Of a stretch of 29,841 bases of DNA, positions 8,498 to 17,043 are shown piece after piece (position 1 is the first letter of the stretch; every line of letters starts with the position of its first letter). The stretch is from an uncultured archaeon (GTDB lineage Archaea > Hadarchaeota > Hadarchaeia > Hadarchaeales > Hadarchaeaceae), in the NCBI GenBank assembly GCA_937921735.1, contig CAKZTQ010000039.1, forward strand, positions 1 to 29,841, in the 5' to 3' direction. The position numbers were made by a program, and so were the translations under genes. Below the pieces are notes generated by a model. That model was not told the DNA's origin, made no database searches, and was given only the letters and a program-made list of their open reading frames with translations.

Positions 8498-9688
8498 ATG
8501 GAGATAAACCTCGATAAGTACAAAAACCTGCGCCGAGAGATCGACGAGGGCTGGATAAACCTCCATCCGATCCAGCGGGGCGGGATGCTTCCTCCCGAGA
8601 CCAGGCAAGCCCTGCTCTCCTTCGGCGACGGCTACAGCGTCTGCGATTACTGCTTGGAGGGGCGCGTCGACCTCCTGAAGAAGCCGCCGGTCAAGGATTT
8701 CGCCGAGGATGTAGCGAAGTTCCTCAACATGGACGAGGTGAGGTTCACCTCGGGCGCCAGGCACGCGAAGGCGATAATCTTCGGCTGCCTCGCGGAGCCA
8801 GGCGACACCATCGTCATCGACTCGCTCTCGCACTACACCACCTACATCGCCGCCGAGCTTCGTGGCCTGAGGATAGCGGAGGTGCCACACACGGGCTATC
8901 CCGAGTTCAGGATCGAGCCAGACGCCTACGCGGCGAAGGTCGAGGAGGTGAAGAGGGAGACCGGCAAACCCCCCGCGGCGATCCTGCTCACGCACGTGGA
9001 CTACAAGTACGGAAACCTCGCCGATGCCGCTTCGGTCGCGAGGGTAGCCAAGCAGCATGATGTGCCCTTCATCCTCAACGCCGCCTACACGGCCGGCGTC
9101 ATGCCGGTGGACGGCAAGCAGCTCGGCGCGGACTTCCTGACCTGCAGCGGGCACAAGTCATGGGCGGCCTCGGGGCCCATAGGCATCCTCGCTGCGACCG
9201 AGGAGTTCGCGGACAGGGTCTTCAGGAAATCCTCGATGCGAGGGCCGTGGAGCGGGCGGACCTTCCCCCAGAAGGAGGTATGCCTGTTCGGCTGTCCCCC
9301 CGTCTTCGGCACCCCCATAGCGACGCTGATGGCCAGCTTTCCGCACGTCGTCGAGAGGGTGAAGCGCTGGGACGAGGAGGTCGAGAAGGTGAGGTGGCTC
9401 GTGAGGGAGCTGGAGAGGATCGAGGGCTTCCGCCAGCTGGGCGAGCGGCCGAAGAGACATACCCTCGCCACCTTCGAGTCGCCCTCCTTCCACCGGGTCG
9501 CGAGGGAACACAAGCGGCGCGGGTTCTTCCTCCACGAGGAGCTCAGGAAGAGGAAGATAGCCGGCATACACCCGGGCATGACCAAGCTGATAACGCTGAA
9601 CACCTACGGCCTGGGCATGGACCAGCTCCGAAAAGTCGCGGACGCATTCCACGAGATAGCCAAATCTTACAATATCGAGATTAAGTAA
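8498..9688 (+). CDS. pscS: O-phosphoseryl-tRNA:Cys-tRNA synthase (SepCysS)
   Basis: INLHPIQRGG, GDGYSVCDYC, GAR, SHYTTY, SGHKS (PLP Lys), GC motif, GIHPGMTK; ATG at 8498 follows GGTGA. Confidence 0.93.
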   Translation: MEINLDKYKNLRREIDEGWINLHPIQRGGMLPPETRQALLSFGDGYSVCDYCLEGRVDLLKKPPVKDFAEDVAKFLNMDEVRFTSGARHAKAIIFGCLAEPGDTIVIDSLSHYTTYIAAELRGLRIAEVPHTGYPEFRIEPDAYAAKVEEVKRETGKPPAAILLTHVDYKYGNLADAASVARVAKQHDVPFILNAAYTAGVMPVDGKQLGADFLTCSGHKSWAASGPIGILAATEEFADRVFRKSSMRGPWSGRTFPQKEVCLFGCPPVFGTPIATLMASFPHVVERVKRWDEEVEKVRWLVRELERIEGFRQLGERPKRHTLATFESPSFHRVAREHKRRGFFLHEELRKRKIAGIHPGMTKLITLNTYGLGMDQLRKVADAFHEIAKSYNIEIK

Positions 9689-10009
9689 GCGCTAACGAAT
9701 GCTGGCCGTGCTCGCGCGAAAGCCTTGTAAACACCGCGCACAAACGAAACCTCTGCGGTCAAAATGGGCCCTCGCGCCGTTAATATCCTCGTTCGGCATC
9801 GTCGCCTCGGCGGAGTTCGAGGATAAAACGCAACTCGCCGCCATCACGCTAGCGACGAGGAGCAGACCGCTTCCGGTCTTTTCCGGGGCCATGCCCGCCC
9901 TGCCCTGCCGGCGAGCTATTTGAGGATACGTCCCTCCGCGATCTTCATCCGGTTCGGCATTTCGCTCACGTTGGGCGCGGCCGCTGGCATGGCATTGTCT
10001 TAGCGGGGA

Positions 10010-10432
10010 CTACTTCACCCGCTCGAGGATTATCGCCGGGCAGACCTTGGTGACGCCCTCGAGCCCCCCGATCTTCCCCGTGACGATGTCCGTGAGCTCG
10101 CGGTTGTCGTGGGCCCAGACCTCCGCCATGATCATATGGTCGCCGGTCGAGGTGACGACCGACTTCACCTCCTCAAAGCCCGTGAGTTCCCTCACGATCG
10201 TCAGATACTTGTCGGGCGCGACGTCCAGCCCGACGAGGGCGACGGCGTTGTAGCCCAGCTTCGAGGGGTCCACGACGATGGTGTATTTTTCGATCACCCC
10301 TTCCTGCTCCAGTTTCCTGACGCGCTTCCGCACCGCCGACTCGCTCATCCTGAGCTTTTTAGCTATCTCCAGGAAGGGTGTCCTCGCATCGGCCTGCAGG
10401 GCTTTTATGATCTCGAGGTCCTTTCCGTCCAT
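10010..10432 (-). CDS. Lrp/AsnC family transcriptional regulator (LrpA-like)
   Basis: D.KDLEII..LQADARTPF..IAK.L..SES.VRKRV..L...GVI HTH plus a RAM domain (STGDHMIM). Confidence 0.93.
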   Translation of the reverse strand: MDGKDLEIIKALQADARTPFLEIAKKLRMSESAVRKRVRKLEQEGVIEKYTIVVDPSKLGYNAVALVGLDVAPDKYLTIVRELTGFEEVKSVVTSTGDHMIMAEVWAHDNRELTDIVTGKIGGLEGVTKVCPAIILERVK

Positions 10433-10444
10433 AATCCCCACCTT

Positions 10445-10546
10445 TTGGACGAATTTCGAACGATAAATTTATTAATTAGTCATAATATTTAAAGTTTTGG
10501 GAAGAAAAATGGAAGAAAAAGTCCAAAAAACGACTAATTATGATAA
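10445..10546. promoter_or_regulatory. AT-rich divergent promoter region between lrp and the redox operon
   Basis: TTTATTAA and TTTAAA TATA-like boxes; inverted 9-mers TAATTAGTC (10473-10481) and GACTAATTA (10532-10540). Confidence 0.55.
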
Positions 10547-10547
10547 C

Positions 10548-10829
10548 ATGGCCGACAAAGTGAGGAAGGCTGCCCTCATGGCGCTCGCCGAGTTCAACAA
10601 ATGGCATAGCCCTGAGGCAAACGCTGAAGTCGCGGCTCTGGGCCCCTCCCGCCTGGTCGTGGAGTTGACTGGACCCTATTGTGAGACCTGCGGGTTTTAC
10701 GATTACCTTGACGACCTGAAGCTCGAGCTGGAGGGGAAGCTTAGGCGACCGTTGCGGATCGCTTCGCTCGACAAGCATCTCCATGGTTGCGCGATCGTTT
10801 ACGAGATCGGGGGCCATAGCGATGGATGA
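10548..10829 (+). CDS. Small hypothetical protein with an Nfu/NifU-C-like CxxC (LTGPYCETCG)
   Basis: VVELTGPYCETCGFYDY resembles the Nfu L.G.C..C signature; first gene of the operon. Confidence 0.7.
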   Translation: MADKVRKAALMALAEFNKWHSPEANAEVAALGPSRLVVELTGPYCETCGFYDYLDDLKLELEGKLRRPLRIASLDKHLHGCAIVYEIGGHSDG

Positions 10830-11016
10830 GCAATATAACTGCTTGTTCTGCGGGGGAAGGGTGAACAAGCGAGCAAGGCTGCGGGAGGGGGGAAGGGCGA
10901 GCTTCTGCGACTCCTGCCTGCGGAAACTCGGGCGGAAGGGGTTGCTCAAGAGGCTGTCCGACGGCACCGTGGAGCTCATAAAGCCTTTGATGGAAGTGAT
11001 CGCCAACTATCGATGA
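10822..11016 (+). CDS. Small C4 zinc-finger protein
   Basis: CLFC-x18-CDSC, ClpX-Zn-finger-like spacing; start overlaps the end of the upstream gene. Confidence 0.6.
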   Translation: MDEQYNCLFCGGRVNKRARLREGGRASFCDSCLRKLGRKGLLKRLSDGTVELIKPLMEVIANYR

Positions 11017-11064
11017 TGGTGAGATATAAAAACATCGGCGGAGAGGAGATTGGGGGGTGGATGT

Positions 11065-11400
11065 TTGATCCTATGGAGGTGCGGCGTCTGCGGGTACATC
11101 CACGACGGAGATCAGCCCCCGGAGAGATGTCCCAACTGCGGCGCGCCGAGGGAAAAGTTCGAGAGGCTGCCGGACGATAAGTCCCAACTGTTGACGAGGT
11201 CCAGGTTCACCAACGACTTGCACGTGCAACTGCAGGGCCTCCTCGGGGAGGTCATGGAAGTAGCGCGCATGGGCATCGAGGACAACTTGGACCCGAGGTG
11301 CCTCGAGATATTCACGCAGGCGAAGGAACTGGCGTGGATGCTCAGGCAGAGGTCGAAGGCCGAGGTCCAAACCCATGTGGGTAAAGGAAAGTGGGGGTGA
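11065..11400 (+). CDS. Rubredoxin-like Fe(Cys)4 domain protein with a helical C-terminal domain
   Basis: [26 protein letters not shown]; start uncertain (TTG 11050 or 11065). Confidence 0.85.
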   Translation: MILWRCGVCGYIHDGDQPPERCPNCGAPREKFERLPDDKSQLLTRSRFTNDLHVQLQGLLGEVMEVARMGIEDNLDPRCLEIFTQAKELAWMLRQRSKAEVQTHVGKGKWG

Positions 11401-11404
11401 GGCG

Positions 11405-11569
11405 GTGGACAAATGGGTGTGCACGGTCTGCGGATACGTCTACGACCCGGCGAGCGGCGATCCGACCGCCAATGTGGAGCCAGGCACGCCGTTCGAGGAT
11501 CTACCCGCGGACTGGGTCTGCCCCGTATGCGGCGCCTCGAAGGATATGTTCGAGAAGATGAGGGGCTAA
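11405..11569 (+). CDS. Rubredoxin
   Basis: [16 protein letters not shown]...[21 protein letters not shown]. Confidence 0.97.
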   Translation: MDKWVCTVCGYVYDPASGDPTANVEPGTPFEDLPADWVCPVCGASKDMFEKMRG

Positions 11570-11621
11570 AGGGCGCCGTTTCGCGAGGCTTGAAGCCAAC
11601 TAAAAGATGGGAGGTGGTAGC

Positions 11622-12062
11622 GTGACCAAAGAGGAGATAGTTAGGATGTTAAACCAAGCGCTGGAGCTGGAGCATGCGGCCTACGTGCAATACCTGAGCC
11701 ATGCCGAGCTGGTGGACGGACTGAACGCTGAGCCGATAATAGCCAGGTTACAGGAGATCGCCGGAGACGAGCAGGAACACCAGAAGAAATTCAGGACCCT
11801 GATTAGCGACTACCTAGGAGGGGTGCCCTCGACCGGAACGGCCAGGACCTACCCGGCGAAGACCGTCGAGGAGATCCTACAGGTAAACCTAAAGAACGAG
11901 AGAGAGGCGGTCGACTTCTACAAGAAAATCCTAGAGAAGATCAACGAGGAGAAGGAAAACCTTCCCTACGAGTTCTTCCAGCTGGAGCACGAGGTGAGAC
12001 ACATCATCATGGACGAGCAAGAGCACATCGCCGAGCTTAAGATCCTGTTGGCGATGAGGTGA
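11622..12062 (+). CDS. Ferritin-like/bacterioferritin-like di-iron protein
   Basis: LN.AL.LE..A..QY..H, DEQEH, E.EAV.FY, DEQEH carboxylate/His motifs. Confidence 0.88.
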   Translation: MTKEEIVRMLNQALELEHAAYVQYLSHAELVDGLNAEPIIARLQEIAGDEQEHQKKFRTLISDYLGGVPSTGTARTYPAKTVEEILQVNLKNEREAVDFYKKILEKINEEKENLPYEFFQLEHEVRHIIMDEQEHIAELKILLAMR

Positions 12063-12121
12063 TCGGCTCCTTTTTAGCGTGGGACAAAGTACCATCGATC
12101 GTCGTTCGAGAAGGGGACTAG

Positions 12122-13324
12122 ATGGGCAAGGCGATCGAGATCGCGCCGGGAATTTTCTGGGTGGGGGTGGAGGATTGGCACCGTAGGGTGTTCGATGCCC
12201 TCATCCCCCTCCCCTATGGTACCTCCTACAACTCCTACCTCGTGGTCGGCGGGGAGAAGGTCGCCCTAATCGATACAGTAAACCCCGGCTTCGAGCAGGA
12301 ACTCCTCGAGAAGGTCGAACGGATCGTGGAGGTGGAGAGGATCGACTACGTGATCATGAACCACGCTGAGCCGGACCACGCCGGCGGTGTACCGACGATC
12401 CTCTCGAGGGCTAAAAATGCGAAGCTCGTCGCGACGAGGAAGGGCGTGGAGATGGCCGAGGCATTCTACGGCGTGGCAGCTGAGAGAACCGTGCCCGTAA
12501 GGGAAGGCGATACTCTAGACCTCGTCGGAAAGAGTTTGACGTTCGTCGAGGCCCCTTGGCTCCACTGGCCGGAGACGATGTTCACGTTCTGCCGAGAAAC
12601 CGGCGTTCTCTTCCCCTGCGATTTCTTCGGCTCGCACTTAGCGTCGAGCAGGCTCTTCGACGACGAGGTAGGGGACATCCTCCTACCCGAAGCCAAGCGG
12701 TACTACGCGGAGATCATGATGCCGTTCTCGCGGTTCGTGGCGATGGCGCTGGACAAGATCAAGGGAATGGACATCGGGATGATTGCCCCGAGCCATGGTC
12801 CGATCTACAGAAATCCGAGGAGGATCATCGATGCATACGAGAGGTGGGCTCGTGGGCCGCTCGAGCGCAAGGCGTTGATCATTTACGTCTCGATGTGGGG
12901 AAATACCGAGATGCTGGCCAAGACCATCGCCGACGCGATCTCGAGCGAGGGCGTCGAGGCCGTGCCCTACGACGTGCTCAAGGCCGACCTCTCGCACATC
13001 GCCAGGGACCTCGTCGATGCCAGCGCGATCGTCATGGGCTCCCCGACCCTACTAGCCGGCATACACCCGCTCGTGGGCTTGGCGGTGAGCCTCGTGAGAG
13101 GTCTTAGGCCGCGGGCGAAGCTTGCGGCAATCTTCGGATCCCACGGATGGGCCGGTGGGGCCGTTGACCAAATGGAAGGCCTCTTGCGACAGGCGGGCCT
13201 TGAGGTGGTCGACACCTTGAAGGTGAGGGGAAGACCATCGAGAGAGGACTTGGAGAGGGCCGTGAACTTGGGCAAACTCGTCGCGCAAAAGGTTAAAGAG
13301 ACCGCGATCGAAACTAACTCGTGA
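12122..13324 (+). CDS. fprA: Flavodiiron protein (FprA, O2/NO reductase)
   Basis: GTSYNSYL, NHAEPDH, LHWPET, CDFFG, PSHGP, then a flavodoxin domain (YVSMWGNT, FGSHGW.GG). Confidence 0.95.
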   Translation: MGKAIEIAPGIFWVGVEDWHRRVFDALIPLPYGTSYNSYLVVGGEKVALIDTVNPGFEQELLEKVERIVEVERIDYVIMNHAEPDHAGGVPTILSRAKNAKLVATRKGVEMAEAFYGVAAERTVPVREGDTLDLVGKSLTFVEAPWLHWPETMFTFCRETGVLFPCDFFGSHLASSRLFDDEVGDILLPEAKRYYAEIMMPFSRFVAMALDKIKGMDIGMIAPSHGPIYRNPRRIIDAYERWARGPLERKALIIYVSMWGNTEMLAKTIADAISSEGVEAVPYDVLKADLSHIARDLVDASAIVMGSPTLLAGIHPLVGLAVSLVRGLRPRAKLAAIFGSHGWAGGAVDQMEGLLRQAGLEVVDTLKVRGRPSREDLERAVNLGKLVAQKVKETAIETNS

Positions 13325-13328
13325 TCGA

Positions 13329-13577
13329 ATGGCCCGAAAACACCCACGTGTGAAAATTTACACCACACCAACCTGCCCCTACTGTGCGATGGCGAAGGCC
13401 TTCCTGCGGGAGAACGGGGTGGAGTTCGAGGAGATAAACGTGGCGGGCGATGTTTCCGCCGCCATGGAAATGATACAGAAATCCGGTCAGATGGGCGTGC
13501 CGGTGCTTGACATCGACGGGGAGATCATCGTCGGCTTCGATAGAGAGGCCATTAAAAGGGTCCTCAAGCTACCCTAA
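13329..13577 (+). CDS. Glutaredoxin-like protein (YruB/NrdH type)
   Basis: YTTPTCPYC, GQMGVPV, VGFD. Confidence 0.93.
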   Translation: MARKHPRVKIYTTPTCPYCAMAKAFLRENGVEFEEINVAGDVSAAMEMIQKSGQMGVPVLDIDGEIIVGFDREAIKRVLKLP

Positions 13578-13592
13578 GCCTCAGGGACGGGG

Positions 13593-14504
13593 ATGTACGA
13601 GCTGATAATAATTGGCGCGGGACCGGCTGGGATAACGGCCTCCATCTACGCCGCTAGAAAGCGGGTGAACTTCCTCGTGTTGACCAAAGATATCGGTGGA
13701 CAGGCGGCACTTAGCTCGGACATCGAAAATTACACGGGCTACCAGTACATCACCGGACGCGAGCTAGCCGAGAAGTTCGAACAACACATGCGAGAATTTC
13801 AAATCGAGGTGAGATACGAGGAAGTCACGGGAATCGCGAGGGTCGAAGATGGATTTGAGGTGAAAACCGATAGGGGTACCTATAGATGCCTGGCGCTTAT
13901 CATCGCCACCGGTGCTAGACCGAGGATGCTAAACGTCCCCGGCGAGCGAGAATTTAAAAACCTTGGGGTCACTTACTGCGCGACCTGCGATGCCCCCTTG
14001 TTCGCAGGTAAAGACGTGGCGGTCGTGGGGGGAGGTAACTCCGGCTTGGATGCAACCCTCCAGCTCATGAGAATAGCGAACAGGATCTATCTCATCGAAT
14101 TAGGGCCCGAGCTGCGCGGCGATGAGGTGATGCGCGAAAAGGTCAAGCGCAGCGAGAAGGTGACGATCCTCACCAACACCAAAGTGCTCGAGATCCTCGG
14201 TGATAAGTTCGTGACGGGTGTCGCGATCGAACGAAATGGTAACAGAGAGGTGCTAAAAGTGCAAGGAGTTTTTATCGAGATAGGCTACATCCCCAACTCC
14301 GATCTCGTCACCGGAATCGTCGAATTGAACGAGAAGGGCGAGATAGTCATCGATGACCGTTGCCGGACGAGCGTGGAGGGGATCTTCGCGTGCGGCGATG
14401 TTTCAAGCGTGGCACAGAAGCAAATCATCGTGGCGGCCGGAGAGGGAGCAAAAGCAGCCCTAGGCGCCTACGAATACCTGCAGAGGCTGAGGCGACGTCC
14501 ATAA
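13593..14504 (+). CDS. trxB: Thioredoxin-disulfide reductase
   Basis: GAGPAG, GGQ, ATG, YCATCDAP, GGGNSG, TS..GIFACGD, QI..AAGEG. Confidence 0.92.
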   Translation: MYELIIIGAGPAGITASIYAARKRVNFLVLTKDIGGQAALSSDIENYTGYQYITGRELAEKFEQHMREFQIEVRYEEVTGIARVEDGFEVKTDRGTYRCLALIIATGARPRMLNVPGEREFKNLGVTYCATCDAPLFAGKDVAVVGGGNSGLDATLQLMRIANRIYLIELGPELRGDEVMREKVKRSEKVTILTNTKVLEILGDKFVTGVAIERNGNREVLKVQGVFIEIGYIPNSDLVTGIVELNEKGEIVIDDRCRTSVEGIFACGDVSSVAQKQIIVAAGEGAKAALGAYEYLQRLRRRP

Positions 14505-14601
14505 TTTTCGGTACGGAAAAATCCGGCCATGAAGTACAGCAAGACCAAGATGTAAAATCGAAAATTTCCGTTGCCAAAATGTTAATGAAGAATGCGACCT
14601 C

Positions 14602-15834
14602 ATGGTTGGATGGGTACGTCACTTGAAAAGTCAGCTCGATGACCAAGAGCTCATAAGACGTGTGTTTAGGCAGAACCTGTCGCTAGCGTCGAGGCTCAAG
14701 GACATCATATGGAAATACGCGCGCGCGATCAAGGAGAGGGAGAAATGCGATGCGATCAAGATAATGAACTTCTGCGGCACCCACGAGTGGACCACCACTT
14801 ACTATGGGCTGAGGAGCCTCGTCCCTCCCTTCTTAGAGTTGATACCAGGTCCGGGATGCCCCGTCTGCATAGTTCCCTCTTATTACGTGGAGGTCGCGGT
14901 GAAGCTCGCCCGGGAGGGCATAAGGGTCTACACCTACGGCGATTCCCTGCGCCTGCGCAGCGCTCGCTCGAGCTTCCCAGCGAGCCTCCTCGAAGCAAGG
15001 GCCGATGGGGGCGACGTCAAGGTCGTCTACAGCTTCTTGGATGCGGTGAGGGACTCGCGGGAGCTCGGGAAAGAGGGCGTCTTCTTCGGCATTGGCTTCG
15101 AGACCACGGCCCCTAGCTACGCGCTGATGCTGAAGGAGGGAAGGGTACCGGAGAACCTCAAGTTCCTCAGCGCCGTGAGACTAACTCCCCCAGCTATGGA
15201 GTACACCATCGAGCACCATAGGGGGCGAGGACTCCTGCCGATAAGAGGGGTGATAGCGCCGGGCCATGTCTCGACCATAGTCGGCGCGGCGGAGTGGGAG
15301 TTCCTCCCGAAGGTGTACGGCCTGCCGACGGTGGTCGCTGGATTCGAGCCAATAGACGTGCTCATGGCCATCGCGCAGATCTTGTTGATGATAAAGGAAG
15401 GCAAACCCGCGGTGAAAATAGAATACAAGCGGATAGTCAAATGGAACGGCAACGAGTACGCGAAAAGGTTGATCGAAGAGGTCTTCGAGAGGACAAGCGC
15501 AGCTTGGAGAGGGATGGGCTTCATACCCCGAAGCGGCCTCAAGCTCAAGGATGGATTTTACGAAACACGAGATGCGCTAATGCATTTCGGTCTGCCGGAC
15601 CTTACGCCGGAGCGTTCGACGTTCTCCCAAGCTCATCCGGGGGTATCCGTCGAGGGCGATCTCCCGCCGAGCTGCAGGTGCGGGGAGGTGATCGTCGGAG
15701 CCGCGAGGCCGACCGAATGTCCGCTCTTCATGAAGGGCTGCTCGCCTATGAACCCATGGGGACCCTGCATGGTATCGACGGAGGGGGCATGTGCCATTTG
15801 GGCTAGATACGGCAAATCGAAACCCGAGGCGTGA
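14602..15834 (+). CDS. hypD: [NiFe]-hydrogenase maturation protein HypD
   Basis: CGTH, GPGCPVC, GFETT, PGHVS, GFEP, and the C-terminal CRCG..C..C..GPCMVS.EGAC. Confidence 0.95.
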   Translation: MVGWVRHLKSQLDDQELIRRVFRQNLSLASRLKDIIWKYARAIKEREKCDAIKIMNFCGTHEWTTTYYGLRSLVPPFLELIPGPGCPVCIVPSYYVEVAVKLAREGIRVYTYGDSLRLRSARSSFPASLLEARADGGDVKVVYSFLDAVRDSRELGKEGVFFGIGFETTAPSYALMLKEGRVPENLKFLSAVRLTPPAMEYTIEHHRGRGLLPIRGVIAPGHVSTIVGAAEWEFLPKVYGLPTVVAGFEPIDVLMAIAQILLMIKEGKPAVKIEYKRIVKWNGNEYAKRLIEEVFERTSAAWRGMGFIPRSGLKLKDGFYETRDALMHFGLPDLTPERSTFSQAHPGVSVEGDLPPSCRCGEVIVGAARPTECPLFMKGCSPMNPWGPCMVSTEGACAIWARYGKSKPEA

Positions 15835-15844
15835 GGTGGCTAAA

Positions 15845-16171
15845 GTGTGCTTAGGGGTCCCAGCCAAGGTGATAAGCGTCGATGGCCTTACCGCCTTGGT
15901 GGACTTCGGCGGGATCAGGAAAGAGGTGCTCGTGGCTGCCAGCGGGATATCGCCCGGGGACCTCGTGGTGGTTCATGCCGGGATGGTGATAGGTAAGCTC
16001 AGAGAGGAGGACTTCCTGGAAAACGTCGCGCTGTACCGCGATATCAGGGCTCAGGAGTTGGTGGAGGAGGGACTCGACGAGGAGGTCGCTGTCGAGAAAG
16101 CAACGGATGAGATGAAAGAGCTGTTGAGCTCGCTTGGTTTCTCGATTGCGAGCATTAAATCGAAGGCCTAG
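15845..16171 (+). CDS. hypC: Hydrogenase chaperone HypC with an acidic C-terminal extension
   Basis: MCLGVPAKV...ALVDFGG...GD.VVVHAG from GTG at 15845. Confidence 0.92.
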   Translation: MCLGVPAKVISVDGLTALVDFGGIRKEVLVAASGISPGDLVVVHAGMVIGKLREEDFLENVALYRDIRAQELVEEGLDEEVAVEKATDEMKELLSSLGFSIASIKSKA

Positions 16172-16239
16172 CCCAAGTAACGATTTTTTGATGCACTTTC
16201 GCAGCACGAAAAAATAAAAGGATCAGGTCAAACCAACCG

Positions 16240-16782
16240 CTACGCTCGATGGGAAAGTATTTTGGTAATTTTTTCCGCCGCCCTCTTTATGTCCTTCATG
16301 CTCTTTGCTCCAGCGCACACGCCCTTCCCCGAGACGAAAAGCAGCACCACGACCGGAGGATCGTCTAGCCTAAAGACAAGACCAGGAAAGACCTCGGGCT
16401 CGTACTCCGTATTCTCGAAGCTTCTGGCGATCCTTTCCAAGTCGAATTCCCTTCCGAAGTCGAACGAGGCGACCATGTTCTGCACCTCGACCTTCGGCTC
16501 GGATTTTATTTTAATGCCCGCCTTCCTGAGCTTCTTTGTCAGCTTCTTTATCGCCAGCAACGCATCGTTCATGCTCTTGGCGCCGACGCAGTTCATCTTG
16601 CCGGACGCGAAGATGAGGAACGACGCCGGTGGCTCCTCGGATTTGTACGCTATGCCGGGAAAGACCTCGGGATCGTACCTAGCGCCATCTAACGACTTCG
16701 CCAGCTTTTCGAGGTTAAACTCCACATCCTCATACGTGACCGAGAGCACGATGTTTTGGATCTGCGTTTTAACTTTAGCCAT
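16240..16782 (-). CDS. tbp: TATA-box-binding protein
   Basis: Two repeats: QNIV.S..YDPEVFPG..IFASGK and QNMVAS..YEPEVFPGLVFR..LFVSGK; ATG at 16782 follows GGAGGT. Confidence 0.96.
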   Translation of the reverse strand: MAKVKTQIQNIVLSVTYEDVEFNLEKLAKSLDGARYDPEVFPGIAYKSEEPPASFLIFASGKMNCVGAKSMNDALLAIKKLTKKLRKAGIKIKSEPKVEVQNMVASFDFGREFDLERIARSFENTEYEPEVFPGLVFRLDDPPVVVLLFVSGKGVCAGAKSMKDIKRAAEKITKILSHRA

Positions 16783-17043
16783 CTTTACCTCCTCAGCTTT
16801 TGCCCGATGAAGGGGGTTCCCTTGTTGCATCGGATAACCTTTGCGGTATCCATCTTCGATAGCACGTCGATCCGCCGACGCTGGACGTCATCGCTAAGCT
16901 CAACAAACCCCCTGCCATATTTTTCCGTTTGGTTTTTATATGCTTTTTAAGTGGGAAATTTCTCTCGACTCTATCTGCTGGTGAGTCCAAAATCGGGTCT
17001 AAACTTTATAATTGCATCGAGCCTAACAATAGGGGGTGAGCAG

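Noticed and set aside
7004-9688. SepCysS repairing the dehydroalanine of spent Thi4
   Set aside because: SepCysS chemistry needs a PLP Schiff base with a free alpha-amino group, which an internal residue lacks.
9690-10009. Small ORFs (9692-9892, 9699-9923) or an ncRNA between pscS and lrp
   Set aside because: No recognisable motif, SD site or convincing structure; left unannotated.
10548-16171. Selenocysteine recoding in the redox genes
   Set aside because: All redox motifs are complete with Cys, and no TGA interrupts a recognisable domain.
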